From the human T2T-CHM13v2.0 reference genome, Homo sapiens, in assembly GCF_009914755.1 (NCBI RefSeq), contig NC_060944.1: a stretch of DNA of 64,000 bases. The stretch is one strand, 5' to 3'. Position 1 is the stretch's first letter. Each line of letters begins with the position of its first letter. Of the stretch, positions 1 to 12,989 are shown piece after piece. The position numbers were made by a program, and so were the translations under genes. The notes under the pieces were generated by a model, which saw nothing but the letters and a program-made list of their open reading frames with translations, was not told the origin of the DNA and did not search any database.

Positions 1-330
1 GCTCGAGGCACTGCGCAGGCCCTCTGCAGCCCCTGGAGAATCTGCCTGAGGGCTTTCCCAGCATTGTGGGGTCGGCCTCACAAGCATCCCTTAGCTGATT
101 ACAAGTGGGAATTGGAGGGTGAACAGCCCCAGTTCCTGGCCCTTGGGCTGGGAGGACCCTGGGGTATTACCTACCCCTCTCCCCGTGGCTGAACCCTAGC
201 TGCCCACAGCTTTGTCCTGGCTCCTTCCCACTCCCCATACCCCAGCTGGAGCTTCCTGAGATCAGCTCCCAAATGAGCTACCACTCTCCAACCTTGTCAT
301 CTACTTTTGTGGGAAAGTCACCTGAGTTAC
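1..330 (+). mobile_element. ERVL LTR fragment (LTR16-like), 3' part
   Basis: cttcctgagatcagctcccaaatgagctacc...ttttgtgggaaagtcacctgag resembles the LTR16 3' end; highly diverged. Confidence 0.5.
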
Positions 331-1004
331 CCAAAAATTCCCCCTAAAGATCCTCTTCTTCCTGCAGCCAGCAGGCAAGGAGGAGGCTCCCAGTGTGGGG
401 GAGGGGAGGCGAGGAAGGAGAGAGCACAGGGTTTTGAGCCCTGCAGGTAGAAGCACATCCTTACACTGGAGCACGAAGGAGGAAGCTGCCATATGCAGGG
501 CTGGGATTCCGGGGTCCCTGGAGCTGCAGAACCGACTCTGCCCTGGGCCGAGAGCTGCTCTCGAGAGTCAGTAGATGACTGACAAGTCTTAGCAGAAGCC
601 ATGAAAAGCTTCCCTCCTTCCTTTCCTACTTTTCTTTCCAGGCGTTCAGCAAACACCCCCTGGGGAGAGTACTACTGGTGGCCAGGCCCTGTGTAGGACA
701 AACATTGGTGGACGAGGCAACACCACCCTCCTTGTGGAGGCACCAAGGCCTCTGTCCTGCCCCCTGACTTCCCTGGAGCCCCTCATCACTCCCTGGACAC
801 AGGCGGCATGGACTGAGGGTGCTCTGCAACAGGGCCCCTGGGTTTGCTGCACCAGCATCCTCAGCAGGTGCCTCTCACCTGCCTCCAGCTCAGATCCCCA
901 GGATAACACGGTTGGTCCTGAGGAGACTCCCACCAAGAACCTGGGTAGCACCGTCCAGCCAAGATAGAGGAGGGTCCTCAGCCTGAGAGCTGGGAGGAGG
1001 CCTT

Positions 1005-1330
1005 GTCCTTGCTGAGGCTGCCTCAGAAGCTGGCCCTGAGATAAGGATTTGGTTTATCTGGGAGGGGATTCCAGGAAGGACCTGGAAGGGAGTGAGGAAG
1101 GAAGGGAAGTGCCTCAAGGAAGGGACCAAAGTCAAAACCCAGGAGGAGGAAATCAGTAACACCGAGGCCAGTGGGATCACGAGCCTGGGGTCAACTTCGG
1201 GAGACCTGAGGTCTATGCCTCAGGGTCTGTGCCTTGGAGTGTCCTCTCCAGAGAGCCAGGCACCTGGGCTGGATCCAGCAGCTCCAGTAGGTCTGCAGCT
1301 CAGGGCAGCTTCCTGGGGCCTGACTCTCCA
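1005..1330 (-). mobile_element. ERVL LTR fragment (LTR16/LTR33-like)
   Basis: cctcagaagctggccctgagataaggatttggtttatctgggagggg resembles the reverse complement of an LTR16/33 3' end. Confidence 0.45.
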
Positions 1331-1666
1331 GCCCTTCAGGAAAGAACTCTGAGAAGGAGCATATGGTAAGAGGCCATGGGCACCTGCCAGACCCACAGTG
1401 CTATGGATGCGGGGACTTGGACAGAGACCTTAGGTCTGGGGTGCGGGTGCATGTGCACTACACTGGCCCTCCCGACCCCAGGAGTGAGGCCAGGAAGTGA
1501 GAGCCTCAGGGCACTGAGGTGTAGTCCCTGCATCCCTCCTCCTGCCTGCAGGGTCAACGCAGGATGAACTGCATGGACCATCATTGCTTTCCACAACAGC
1601 ACAGGGGCCTAGGGATTCACCCATCAGTGGGAAATCAAGCATCAGCCGTGTGCTGGGAAGCCAGGG

Positions 1667-2034
1667 TGCTGTGGTCGCATGTTTGTGTGTCTGTGTCCCT
1701 CCAAATCCAGATGCTGAAACCTAATCACCAAGGTCCTGATGTGAGGAGGTGGGGCCTTTAGCAGGTACTTAGATCATGATGGGGAGCCCTCATGAGTGAT
1801 TGGTGCTCTTATAAAAGAGGACTGAAGGGGTTGTTAGCCCCTTTTGGTGTTTCCACCATGTGAGGACACATGGAAGGCCCTATCTGGGAGGAACAGGCCC
1901 TCACCAGCCCCTGAATCTGCTGGTGCCTTGACCTTGGACTTCCCAGACTCCAAAACTGTGAGCAATATACATTGCTGCTTATAAATCTCCCAGTCTCGGG
2001 TATTTTGATACAGCAGCAGGAGCAGATTAAGACA
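1667..2034 (+). mobile_element. MaLR solo LTR (MLT1A/MLT1A0-like)
   Basis: tgctgtgg...taagaca termini; ggacttcccagactccaaaactgtgagcaata motif; flanks caggg/cagtg look like a degenerate 5-bp TSD. Confidence 0.85.
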
Positions 2035-2077
2035 CAGTGAAAAGTCCCAGCATCTGACTTTAGACAGCTGACCTGGT

Positions 2078-2245
2078 CAGTTCTCAAAGTGGGGTCCCAG
2101 GACCAGTAAGGCATTACCTGGAAACTTCTTGGATATGAAGCTCTCAGTCCCCACCTCCCAGACCTCTAAACTCTAAAGGAGCTGTGACACCTGTTCACAG
2201 GCCCTCGGGACTCTGAGGCAAGCTGGCATTGGAAAGCCACTGAAC
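2078..2245. mobile_element. MER5A hAT-Charlie MITE
   Basis: cagttctcaaagtggggtcccaggaccag...gaaagccactg. Confidence 0.7.
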
Positions 2246-2489
2246 CAGGGCGATTGGGGAGGTCTTCATTAACTGTGGGAAGAAACCGAGGGGAGGGCAT
2301 GTTTGCTACTGACACAGCCTCTTCACATTGCTCCCCAAGAGACAACCATGCCGCCCCAGTGGTTGGCCGGACATGGAGACACTAACTGGGTCTTAAGGTA
2401 CTTAGGACAAGAGCAAGAGAAGATTACATCTCAACACCGCACAGGGAAGGATTGAAGCAATCTCTTACACCCCAGGGAAGCAGAAAGAA

Positions 2490-4620
2490 GAACGTTAAAA
2501 AGGAAAGTAAAACTGCACATGGCTCAAAACTTCAAAGAGTTCTGAACATTTTCAAATAAAAAGTGAAAGCCTTTCTCTTATTTTCTAGGCTGGTTCATCA
2601 CTTCTTAGATGTCCTTTTGAGAGAGGCTTCTGTGCATATGCCAACACAGGTATTTTATAGGGTTAGTTATTTATTTGTTATTCTGTTTTTACACTGTTCT
2701 GCCTTTTGTTATTCCCTTAAACATATGTCTTCGAAATGTTTCTGTATTGGTAGAGAGAGGGTCATTTCATTCTTTGTGTATGTTAATAACTTGTTACTGA
2801 AGTGTATACATAAACACAAGTGAACAAATTGTAGTTTTTCCATCTGTAGAATTGTCATAATCTAAATAATCTGTTTCTTAATGATAGATTATTTGATTTT
2901 TTTGTTCTGGTTTCATTCTTGCAACAATATTTGTAAGTGTTTCTTTTTCCTGGCTAACTTATGAGTACAGCCACCAGGTCAATTCCTGGCAGGGGTACTG
3001 CTAAGTCAAAGGGTAGCTGCATTTTTTAACTTTGATGGATATGGCCCATTAACTTTCCAGAGCAGCCCTCTGCAACTTACACTCCTGTTGACAATTTACA
3101 ATTGCACCCTTTTCCCTATGCTCACAGCAGCCACGAGTGCCATTGCATTTTTAATTTTGCTACTTTGAAATTATATTTCTTTGTTCTTTTTATATGTTTC
3201 TTTAATTTTGAGAGAAATTGAGCAAGCCTTTTAAAAACTGTATTTATTAACCAATTTCATTTATATTTCTGTGGGCTTGTTTTTCAGTGGGGTTTGTAAA
3301 TGTTTTTCTTACTGACTGATGAGCACTCTTTGTAAAACGTGTTGCTCAATGAAGCCTACAAGCCTTTTCCCATTTGGGTTTCAAATATTTTCTTCAGTTA
3401 ATTGTTCACTTTTTCTTTAATTGTGGGTTTTTGTGTCCTCGATGATGATTTTTATTTCTAGTCAAATATCTCAACATTTCCCATTAAAGTTTTCAAATAT
3501 ATATCTTGCTTAGAAAGGCATTTCACATTCACAACTATAAATAAACTCACCTTTTAAATTTCAGAATGTTTTCATTTCACTCTTGTACACTCACATCTCT
3601 GATACCTCTGGAACTTATTTTGGAACAATAAGGCAGTGGGTCAGAATTCTGTGTGGTTTTCCAAATACCACATTGTCTCTAAGCCATTTATTCAATATTT
3701 CCTCTCTTGCCCTCTGATTTAAAATGCTTCCTATCATACACACTCGATTTGAGTATACATTTGTATATATCCTGGGGCCTCTTTCTGCTCCACACAAACC
3801 TTCGTGTCCATCTGCTTTCATTCTTGAACCTTCACGGTGCATTTGACATTTCACAGGACTACTCCCCAATTCCCTTCTTCCACCTGACTCTTCCTGTTTA
3901 TTTTCCCACATCGATTTCCCTTCACATAGCATGTTAGTGTTTCAACTGGGATTGCACTGATCCTATGAGTAATTTAGGGTTAATGGTCACCTTCATAATA
4001 TTGATGCATTCTAGCCAATAGCAAGTTATCGCTCGCAGTTTTAGTTTATCCCTTAGCAGAATTTTCAGGTTTTGTTTATATAGGTCCTACATATTTCTTT
4101 TAAAGTTTGTATTTTGCTATTGTCTCAACTAAATGCTATCTTAAATGCAATATTTTTTCATTATTTTTTTTGACAGGGTCTCACTGTGTTGCCCAGGCTG
4201 GAGTGCAGCAGCTCAGTCTTGGCTCACTGCAACCACCCGCTCTTGTCTCAAGTGATTCTCCTGCCTCAGACTCCCAGGTAGCTAGGACTACAGGTGCACA
4301 CCTCTATGCCTGGCCAATTTTTCATATTTTTTGTAGAAGCAGGGTTTGCCATGTTGCCTAGGCTAGTCTTGAACTCTTGGACTCAAGTGATTCGCCCACC
4401 TTGACCTCTCAAAGTGCTGGGATTATAGGTGCGAGCCGCAGAACCCGGCCTTTTTTCATAATATTTTAACAAGTTATTTGTACATAGAAAAGTTATTGGT
4501 TATGCATAATAATTTTCCTACCTGAGTTATTGTTTTCCATAGGTTCAGCCAGTTCTCCTGGGTATTCCAAGCACACAGTCATGTGATCTGTGAACAGTGG
4601 TAACTTAGCCTTGACATCTC
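2490..4620 (-). mobile_element. Old L1 (L1ME-like) 3' region and ORF2 remnant, interrupted by an Alu
   Basis: T-rich tract with antisense L1 motifs (gggtactgctaagtcaaagggtag; ttttcaactgggattgcactgatcctatgagtaatttaggg). Confidence 0.75.
4160..4450 (-). mobile_element. AluJ
   Basis: Antisense Alu (gacagggtctcactgtgttgcccaggctggagtgcag...cccggcc) with J-type features; flanking ttttttcat duplication. Confidence 0.9.
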
Positions 4621-5943
4621 ACTATTTTACTGGCACTTCTGACTCTCCTCTGATTTTATTGTCTAGCCTTCTGTAACCAGCCTACATAAGATCACAGCTT
4701 CGGTCTGTATTCACAGAAATAAATTCCCAAGCTTGAGAACGTTCTTTTCATTTGTGCACGTTACTTGATGTGGGCTCAGAAGTAGGCCACTGTGGTTGTG
4801 AGAGGTAGTGTCCCAGGGACAACAGAAGGTGGCTCATGCGAGCAAAGGCCAGGGAGGCAGAGCCTGAGAGAGGGGCCGGCCACTCTGCCCCTCCCTGGAG
4901 TCCATGCCCAGTGGGCTGTGGGGGACACAGATCCCACCGAGGCACCCAGGCAGGAGCTGTGCGGTTCCAGCCTCTTTACCTCATGGTTGGCAGGCCCGGG
5001 CGTCTCTCTCCACCTGTTTTGTCTCCTCTTTGCCCCATCGGCAACCCCAGCCTCTCCATTTCTGAAAAGAGCAGAGAAAGGACAACATTTGGGGAATGAC
5101 ATCAATAAGAGAGGGTAGCCTTCACCTGCAGAGGGTGAGCAGCCTGCGGCCCCAGCCTGGACTTGCCCAGAGGAGGAGGTCAAGAGGGCACCAGCAAGGG
5201 GTTGGCTCGGCAAGATCAGAACCCTCAGTCTCCAGGAAGCAAGATGCCAACAGCATCTGTGGCTAGGAGTCAATCACCAGCGTCCCCTCAGACCCCACGT
5301 CTGCCCCTCCCAGCCCTTTCCCATGGCAGCTTCCTGGGATGACCTTCCTCCAGGCACAGCAGGGGCTGCCATCGCAGGGCAGCAAGTTGGAAGGGTGGGC
5401 TCCATGCACCCACCGAGGGGCCTTGCCTCCCCAGCCCTGACCACAGCCAGTTCCATGCACATGCTCACCAGCCTGACAGGGACCTGGGACTTATTGGCCA
5501 TGAGCCTCAGACGTATTTGAAGGAGAAAATGTATTTTGGTTTTCTGCCAACCTTATAGTCTTTTATCAAAGAGAAGGCACTTGAAGGCGCTTCTCAGAGG
5601 GAGACTTTGGCAGGGCACCCTGCCCCGAGGTGGAGTCGCTCACCCCTTCCGCTTCCCAGTTCTGCTGCTGCAGCCTCCGAGGCTGGCTGAAGGCTGATGG
5701 CCCATCGCAAGGTGTCTGTGGCTGCTGTCCTTTTACTTTTAAAAAGTCACTCAGGCCTGAGAGCTGGGGATGGGTAGGCAGCCTGTGGCAAGACCTGCCC
5801 AGGGCTCTATCTCCAGCTGCCTGCCCCACCCATGCCCCCAGCCCATCAGCTCACACAGACACACAGCACAGCGTGGAGAGTGTTCCTAGAAGCAGCCACC
5901 TTGGAGGAGGGGTCCCCTGTTCCTGAGAACTCCAAGGCATTCC

Positions 5944-6042
5944 GCTCCCACCCTTCAAAGGGCACAGGTGGCTGCTTGTGGACCTGATGGTGCTCACACC
6001 CTTCACAGGGCACAGGTGGCTCCTTGTAGACCTGATGGCGCT
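5944..6042. repeat. 48-bp tandem duplication (2 copies)
   Basis: cacccttca(a/c)agggcacaggtggct(g/c)cttgt(g/a)gacctgatgg(t/c)gct repeated; units start at 5944 and 5992. Confidence 0.9.
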
Positions 6043-6519
6043 TGGTATCCTGTCCTGAAACCATGGCCTCTCATTCATCTATAACTGGGTTACAGTCTAT
6101 CAGATTTAAAAAAAAAAACTCAAAATAATAACCACCTATTACAATGGCCTTGGCTCCACCGCACCCACCAGTTCAGCATCGCAGGGTGGGCTGTGCATGC
6201 CATGGGCTGCTGGAGACCAGGAGGCCACCTGAAAGGCAGTGTGACCATCAGGCTGCCTCCACCACTGGGACCCTGGCATTGGACCACACTCTCACAGTGG
6301 GATGAAGTGTTTCTGCATGTTTCTCTGTCCTCCATCCATCCAGATCTCAGCGGGACCTCCTGCCCATCCTCCATGTGATTCAGAGTCCTCGAATGCACTC
6401 CATGCAGCAGTGAGGTGGTTCTTCCATGAACAGTTTTGTGCCCGCCACAGGCCAGGCACCATACCAGGTACTGGGACACCACCCCCCCACCACCACCTCT
6501 ATGCGCTGAAGACCCTAAT

Positions 6520-6870
6520 ACCTTTAAAGCTGTTTGCTGCACATTACAATCACCCACAGAGCTTTTAAACTCCCCTAGTCCAGATTACTTCCATTCCAAT
6601 TAAATTAGAATTGGGGGCAGGGCAGTTGAGGATTTTTAAAGCTCCCTGGGTGATTCCAAAGTGCAGCCAGGATTGCGAATCAACCCTTTAACATATCACT
6701 TTTATTTTAATTTCTATTTACTTGCAAAACAGTGCCTTTTCAAACTCGAATGTGCCTCTACACTCCTGGGAGTCTCACTCCAGGACAGGTTCTGGCTCAG
6801 CAGGTCTGGAGCAAGCCTGGGATTCTGTGTGGACCACAAGCTCCCAGGTGATCCTGATGCTTGCTTTGAG
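6520..6870. mobile_element. Two MER5-family MITE fragments
   Basis: aagctccctgggtgattccaaagtgcagccaggattgcgaatca and aagctcccaggtgatcctgatgc motifs. Confidence 0.6.
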
Positions 6871-7283
6871 CCATGCAGCTTTGAACTCATTACCTCATTT
6901 GGTTTTAATGCCAACTCTCCCAGGCAGCAAGCCACAAGACCCGGAGTTGAGGCCACATGGTGGGTATTTTGAATCTTTGATACTCCACAGAGAAGCAGGT
7001 CTAAATCCCTGTGGATAAAGGAGGGCGTCTGTGAATAACAAGGGAGCAAGTGTGTCTTGGGAACTGGGCACGGACAGGGTCCCTCACCCAGGAGACACCT
7101 GTTTGCCTGCCTGCGTCCTCTAGGAGGCTTTGACTCTGTGGGGCCTCACAGAACACTGAGGATCTGCTCTCTGAGACCGGGAAGACTCGATATCCTCTTT
7201 CCCCTCCTCCTGGGCTGTGGGATCTGTGTACATCTCCCACACTGCTATCTCATGAAGAGTGAGTTCCTTGAGATCCCAATAGT

Positions 7284-7775
<492 letters not shown>

Positions 7776-8244
7776 TTGGCCACAGTTAAGCATTTGATGA
7801 ATCCCTGTGGGTTGCAATCCTTGAGCGCCATGGGGCTGTGTGAGCTCCAAGGCAGCCTAGGACCACACCAGCGCAGGAGATCATTTATCTGGGGAAATCT
7901 CAGGTGCGACCTTAGTCTAGGCTGCCAGGTTCTCAGACCTTAAGCACCAGCTCTGGCCAGGAGGAAAGCAGGCAGCATTCGCACAGCACTTCCTAGATTA
8001 GAGAAAATTATAGATTGCCTTGAATTTGCATACTGGGACCCACCCAGAAACCCTGGGTTTCAGTCATAGCCAGTGCCAATGCCTGAATATAGCAAACTTC
8101 TGCTGCAATCAGGGCCCAGGTGCAGGGGAATTAGAATCAAAGGAATCTAATATTCCATATGGTGGGTTTTAGCCAAAAGTACCTTTGTTTCTTTTCTGTT
8201 TTCTCACTGATTTTCTCTGAAGTTGCTTTATCTTGGTCATTTGA

Positions 8245-8430
8245 CCAGTGTTAACGCATTGCCCGAAGACCCCCAGAAACATTGACATTGTCTGAAAACT
8301 TGTTGGAAATGCAGGATGTCAGACCCCTCCCTGGACTCAGGAAGTCAGCATCTCTGGGGGTGAGGACTGCAGCCTCTGAACACGCCCTCCAGCAGACTCT
8401 GTGGGCACTGAAGCTGAAAAATTGCTGTTT
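8245..8430. mobile_element. MER5A MITE
   Basis: aaacttgttggaaatgcagga...tcagcatctctgggggtgagg. Confidence 0.6.
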
Positions 8431-9439
8431 TAAACCAAAGTGCCCGCTATTCCAGCATCTGCAAAGGCCCCAGCGTGGCCACCTTTGTTTCTTCATTGCT
8501 TTTATTTTTCTTTGCAAGCTTATTTTGCTTTATCTTTCTAACCATTTGCCTCTCATTATGAAGAACTTGGTGCCAGCCAAGCGCATGCCAGGCCCTGTGG
8601 GTGGGATACACAGGACGTCCGGAGATCCTGAAGAGCCTGTCCAGGTTTTCAAAGCCTCTTAGCAAGTCCTATTCAGTGCATATTCCTCCTGGTTTTCACC
8701 CTGCTCTTGGCCAAGGAAACAACTGGTTTATGCCTCAAATCCCCAGAAAGGGCTACTTTTACACGTGTTCAGTCCCCTTTAGAGCTGGCTCTGAAACCTG
8801 GTGGCGAATGTGCCTTTTCTTTGGGGCAGTGGCACCACCTGGCTGTACGTTCCAATCCCCTGGGGGATGCATGCAGAGACTCACTCCAGGACCTCCAGGG
8901 CAGGGACCTGGCTGTCAATATCGTTTAAGGCTCCCGGTGATTCTATTGTGCACCAGGCTTGAGACCCTGGCATGAGATTAAAGACTAAGGAAAACAAAAC
9001 CAAGAGTTTTACAGGAGAGCTGGCAAAACTGCTGACGTGGGTCACAGCTCTGAGAAACATGGAACTGAAGCAAAGAAGACCGGTCCCACAGTCGGATGGG
9101 AATGGAAACCCTCCAGCTCCTCCTAGATGGTGTTTGGCAACAGAGAGGCAGCCTGCAGTCCTACCGTGCCTACGTGGTCCTTTACGGGAAGGTCAGGGTT
9201 CACCAGCCATTCTTGGGGGCCAGGTGGTGTCTACCTCCAGTGCACTAGCCACAGTCATCGGGCCCAAGGCTGGGGTGGAGACTGAGGAGGCCACTCCCAG
9301 CCACAGTCCTACGTGTGATCCTTCAGGAGGGGGCCCCAGGCACTGACAAGCCTTTGCCCGGCAGGCCCAACAGGGAAAGCTGCCTTCCCCCCCCCCAGAC
9401 CTGTGCCAAGCCCATGCCAGGAAGTCTCTGCAGGGAGTC

Positions 9440-9840
9440 AAGGACTCAGCCACGATCCTGTAGGCATCTGCAGTCCTCACCCAGGCACCTCCCTCCAGGC
9501 CTCCTCACCGGGGGCGTTGGCTAAGGCGTATTCCACAGTCTGACTCAGCGCTTTTCCCATGCCAGCCCGTGCCACGCCCCAGCCTCCCAGGTTCCTTTTG
9601 TTCAGGGCTCCTGGGCAGTGAGGATTCCCCAACCTGCATTGCAGACCCTGGCCCAGGGCCAAACCGCAGGAGGGCGAGGAAACTCCGCCTTGCTCCTTCT
9701 CCCACCTGCACAGTCCCGGGGAGGTTGTGCTCCAGAGCAGGGCTCTGCAGGCCATGGCCACGGCTCTGAACACCTCACCGTTGAACTCCGGGTCCAAGCT
9801 CTCGGACTCAACTCCCAACGTAGCCACAGCTAAGATTCCC
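9440..9840. promoter_or_regulatory. Candidate enhancer/promoter (AP-1/ARE, KLF/SP and RUNX motifs, raised CpG)
   Basis: TGACTCAGC 9541, GCCACGCCC 9571, AAACCGCA 9661; about 16 CpG in 420 bp of non-repeat sequence. Confidence 0.35.
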
Positions 9841-10890
9841 TTTCTTTTTAACAAATTAGCATTAAAATGAACTGAAATTTGTTGATCCTGATTTAAGTTT
9901 CTTTTTAATAAGGTCGTGGATAAATTTCACAGATGGAGATGTGAGGGCAACCACACATGTATGTGGCGAGGGCCAGAAAACAGCTGCGGTGATAAATAAA
10001 TGGTGGGTGCAAGCAAGAATCAAATAAATGGTGTGGAAAAGACCAGCCCTCTTTCTCTCATCTTTCTAGTCAATGATTTTAGTCCTCAGCTGCCTCCCTA
10101 GGATCTGTGTCTTACAAGAGCTCCGTTCTTTCCTGAAAACTGTATTTCTCTAAAACACTCCCAGAGCCCTTATCACAGCCAAGGCCTCTTTTCCAGTCAG
10201 TGGCCTGAGAGTAAGGCAGTGCCCTTGTCAGAAGCTGTTGATGCTGGTAAGAAGCAGTGACCTCTGACCCTTCTGGATGCTGCTGACTCCTGCTGTCACT
10301 TTTAATTGCAGAGAAAGTAAAACAAGAGATTTCTACTTTGTGGACTGTGCTACTTCAGCAGTCCCTCTTCAGGCAGCATGCACATATGCCCACACTGAGG
10401 TAAGGAACATGAGCCCAGAGGTAAGGAATATGACCAACCTGATCCCCTCAGCCATCACAGGTGGTGGGAAAAGACTTCAGGTGATTCACTCAAAGGCACA
10501 AACCAGGGTCCGGGCAGAGCTGGACTTGAACACACGGCTCCTATCTCTCAGGCTGTGTTCGTTGCTCTGCACGCACTCCCGCTGCGTGTTTACTCCTTGG
10601 CAATGTGTTGAGCACCTGCCATGAACCAGCTACTGCTGCTGTGGATGCAGTGACAACGGGACAGGCAGAGTCCCTGCTGCAGAGGGTCTGTGCTTTAGTG
10701 CAGCAGGCAGCTCTGCAACGTCAGGCACTCCAGCTGTTAAGGGCAGGTGCTACAAAGGGACCCACATCCGGGGGTGGTGAGTGTCCCTTCTCTGGCTCAC
10801 TCGGGTACAAGAAAGGGAAATTCTGGGAAAAAGTGGCAGCAGTGACAGAGTGCTTACCCTCCCTAAACCTCCCCCTAAAAATAGATGGCA

Positions 10891-11262
10891 TGCTATGGGC
10901 TGAATGGCCTCCCTGCAACATTCATATGTTTAAGCCCTAATTCCCAGTACCTCAGAATGGGCTCTGTATTTGGAAATAGAGCCTTTAAAGTGGTGATTGA
11001 CTTAATGTGGGGTCATTAGAGTGGGTCCTAATCCACCTTGTTGATGTCCTCATAAGAAGAGGAACTTTGGGCACAGAGAGATACTCAGATGTGCATGCAC
11101 AGAGGGAAGGCCACGGGAGGTGCAGCAAGCCAAGGAGAGAGTCCTCATGAGAAACCAGCCCTGCCCACACCTGGACCTGGGACTTGAGCCTCCAGAACTG
11201 TGACACAATAGATTTCTGTTGCTTTTGCTACCAGGCCTGTGTCATGTTGCTATGGAAGCCTT
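10891..11262 (+). mobile_element. MaLR LTR (MLT1B-like)
   Basis: tgctatgggctgaatg start; cccagtacctcagaatg; gcctccagaactgtgacacaata. Confidence 0.85.
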
Positions 11263-12445
11263 AATGCCCAGAACAACTTGACAGTGAAATCCAAAACTCG
11301 TGGACAGCAACCCAACATTCAAGTGGGTGGGACAAACACCCACGAGCCCCCAACCAGATAGTGTGGGAGCAGCAGAAGGAAACAGGAGACAACCCTCGCA
11401 CCTGGAAACAGAGCCTCCAAAAGGCAGAGGGCATGGGGGTGATTTGGAAACAGCAGTTGAAGCCTAGCATTTGTCTAATGCTTCAGCAAGTACAAGTGTG
11501 AGCCTGCTGGGCCGTGGATCCTTCAAACTGGCCTGTCTGGGCTCCCAGCCAGGACAGAGCCCACACTGAGGAGAGATTGGGTGAGAAAAATCAAAATTGA
11601 GCAAGATCCCCATATCAAACCTGAAGTGGGGAGGGGAACCCACCCAGGACACCTCAGAGGGCAGACCACCCTGTTCTTAATACTACAAGGAAAGTGCGGA
11701 AGAGAGAGCTCTGCAGAGTTAAAAATCCTCCCCTGCAATCAGTCTCCTTCTAAAATATCAGGAAAACCATTTCACATAAAAATTGAGCAACAGAAGTGCA
11801 TTGAGGTTCAATACGACACAAAATACAAAATTAACACAAGAAAAAGAGACGAAGCAGCAGAAAACCTTTCCTACTAACAATCAAAACTTGCCTGACAAAT
11901 GGGACCACAAAAATCAGAGCTATCATCTATTATTTCAATATAAACTAAAAGACATTAGGAACACCACATGACATGAACACTCTTAAATGACTTTGGGAGA
12001 ATTCATAAATAAGGTAACAAAACTCTAGAGAATTTGAAATAAAAGAAAATTATTGCAGAGGTAATGATTAAAATGAAAGGAACATAACACCAAATACACA
12101 CAAGGGATAATGCCATAGAAAAATAGAAGGCAAAAAGAGGAAATTTGTAAAAACTGAAAAACACGAGTCCAGAGATGAAAAGACTGAGAGAAAGTGGCAA
12201 ATATGAAAGATAGACAAAGGAAATCTAATATAAAGAAATTAGGAGCCTGAGAAAGACAATCAAAGCAGGAGAAACGATTATCAACCCAGAACAAGCAATG
12301 CCAAAACATATCCTAGTAAAATTATTAAACTGTAAAGAAAAGAAAAAAAATCTTTTGAGCATTCAGGCAAAAAGAGCAAATGACTTGTAACGAGAAGAAA
12401 GCAAATTATCATCAAACTTTTCAACAGCAACACTGTGTGCCAGAA

Positions 12446-12447
12446 AA

Positions 12448-12478
<31 letters not shown>

Positions 12479-12480
12479 AT
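12446..12480. repeat. (TAAA)n microsatellite
   Basis: Direct reading. Confidence 0.95.
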
Positions 12481-12989
12481 GCATTAGAATACTCAAGGAA
12501 AGAAAATGTTAGCCAAGAATTTCATATCCAGCAAAACTGACTTTAATGATAAAGGCCATGTATAGACTATTATCAGTATGTAACAACTCAGCAAAGATCA
12601 TTCCCGTGAACATTTCCTGAGGAATCTACTAAACACTAAGCCTCAGACGAGCGAGCTGATGAGAGAGACACCCATTCAGGGACTGGTGGGCACTGAAGAT
12701 AGAGTCGCCCCTGGAACCCAGCCTGGGTGATGGCCCGTGGGAGGGTCTGGAGCTCAGGCAGCATAGATCCCACACAATCAAAAAAGTGGGGGAGGGAGGG
12801 AGGGAGGAGTGGTGGTATTGTTATTCTTATTTCATTGACTTTAATTTGGGATAAAATAAATAATTATGTTATATTCTATCAATCACTGTAGGCTTGAGAA
12901 TCAGGGTTCTTGTTGTGGAAGAAAGAAGATACAGATGGAATAGAAGAGGGTTGCCCCTTTTCTAAAACCTTGTAAATTCTAAATTTGTA

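Larger units (their letters stand above)
10830..12900 (+). mobile_element. HAL1/old L1 ORF1-like element interrupted by MLT1B
   Basis: A-rich ORF1-like remnant (catatcctagtaaaattattaaac; aagaatttcatatccagcaaaactgac; ggactggtgggcactgaa). Confidence 0.65.

Noticed and set aside
641-960. Strong plus-strand acceptor at 640/641
   Set aside because: No convincing donor within normal exon length and no coding signature
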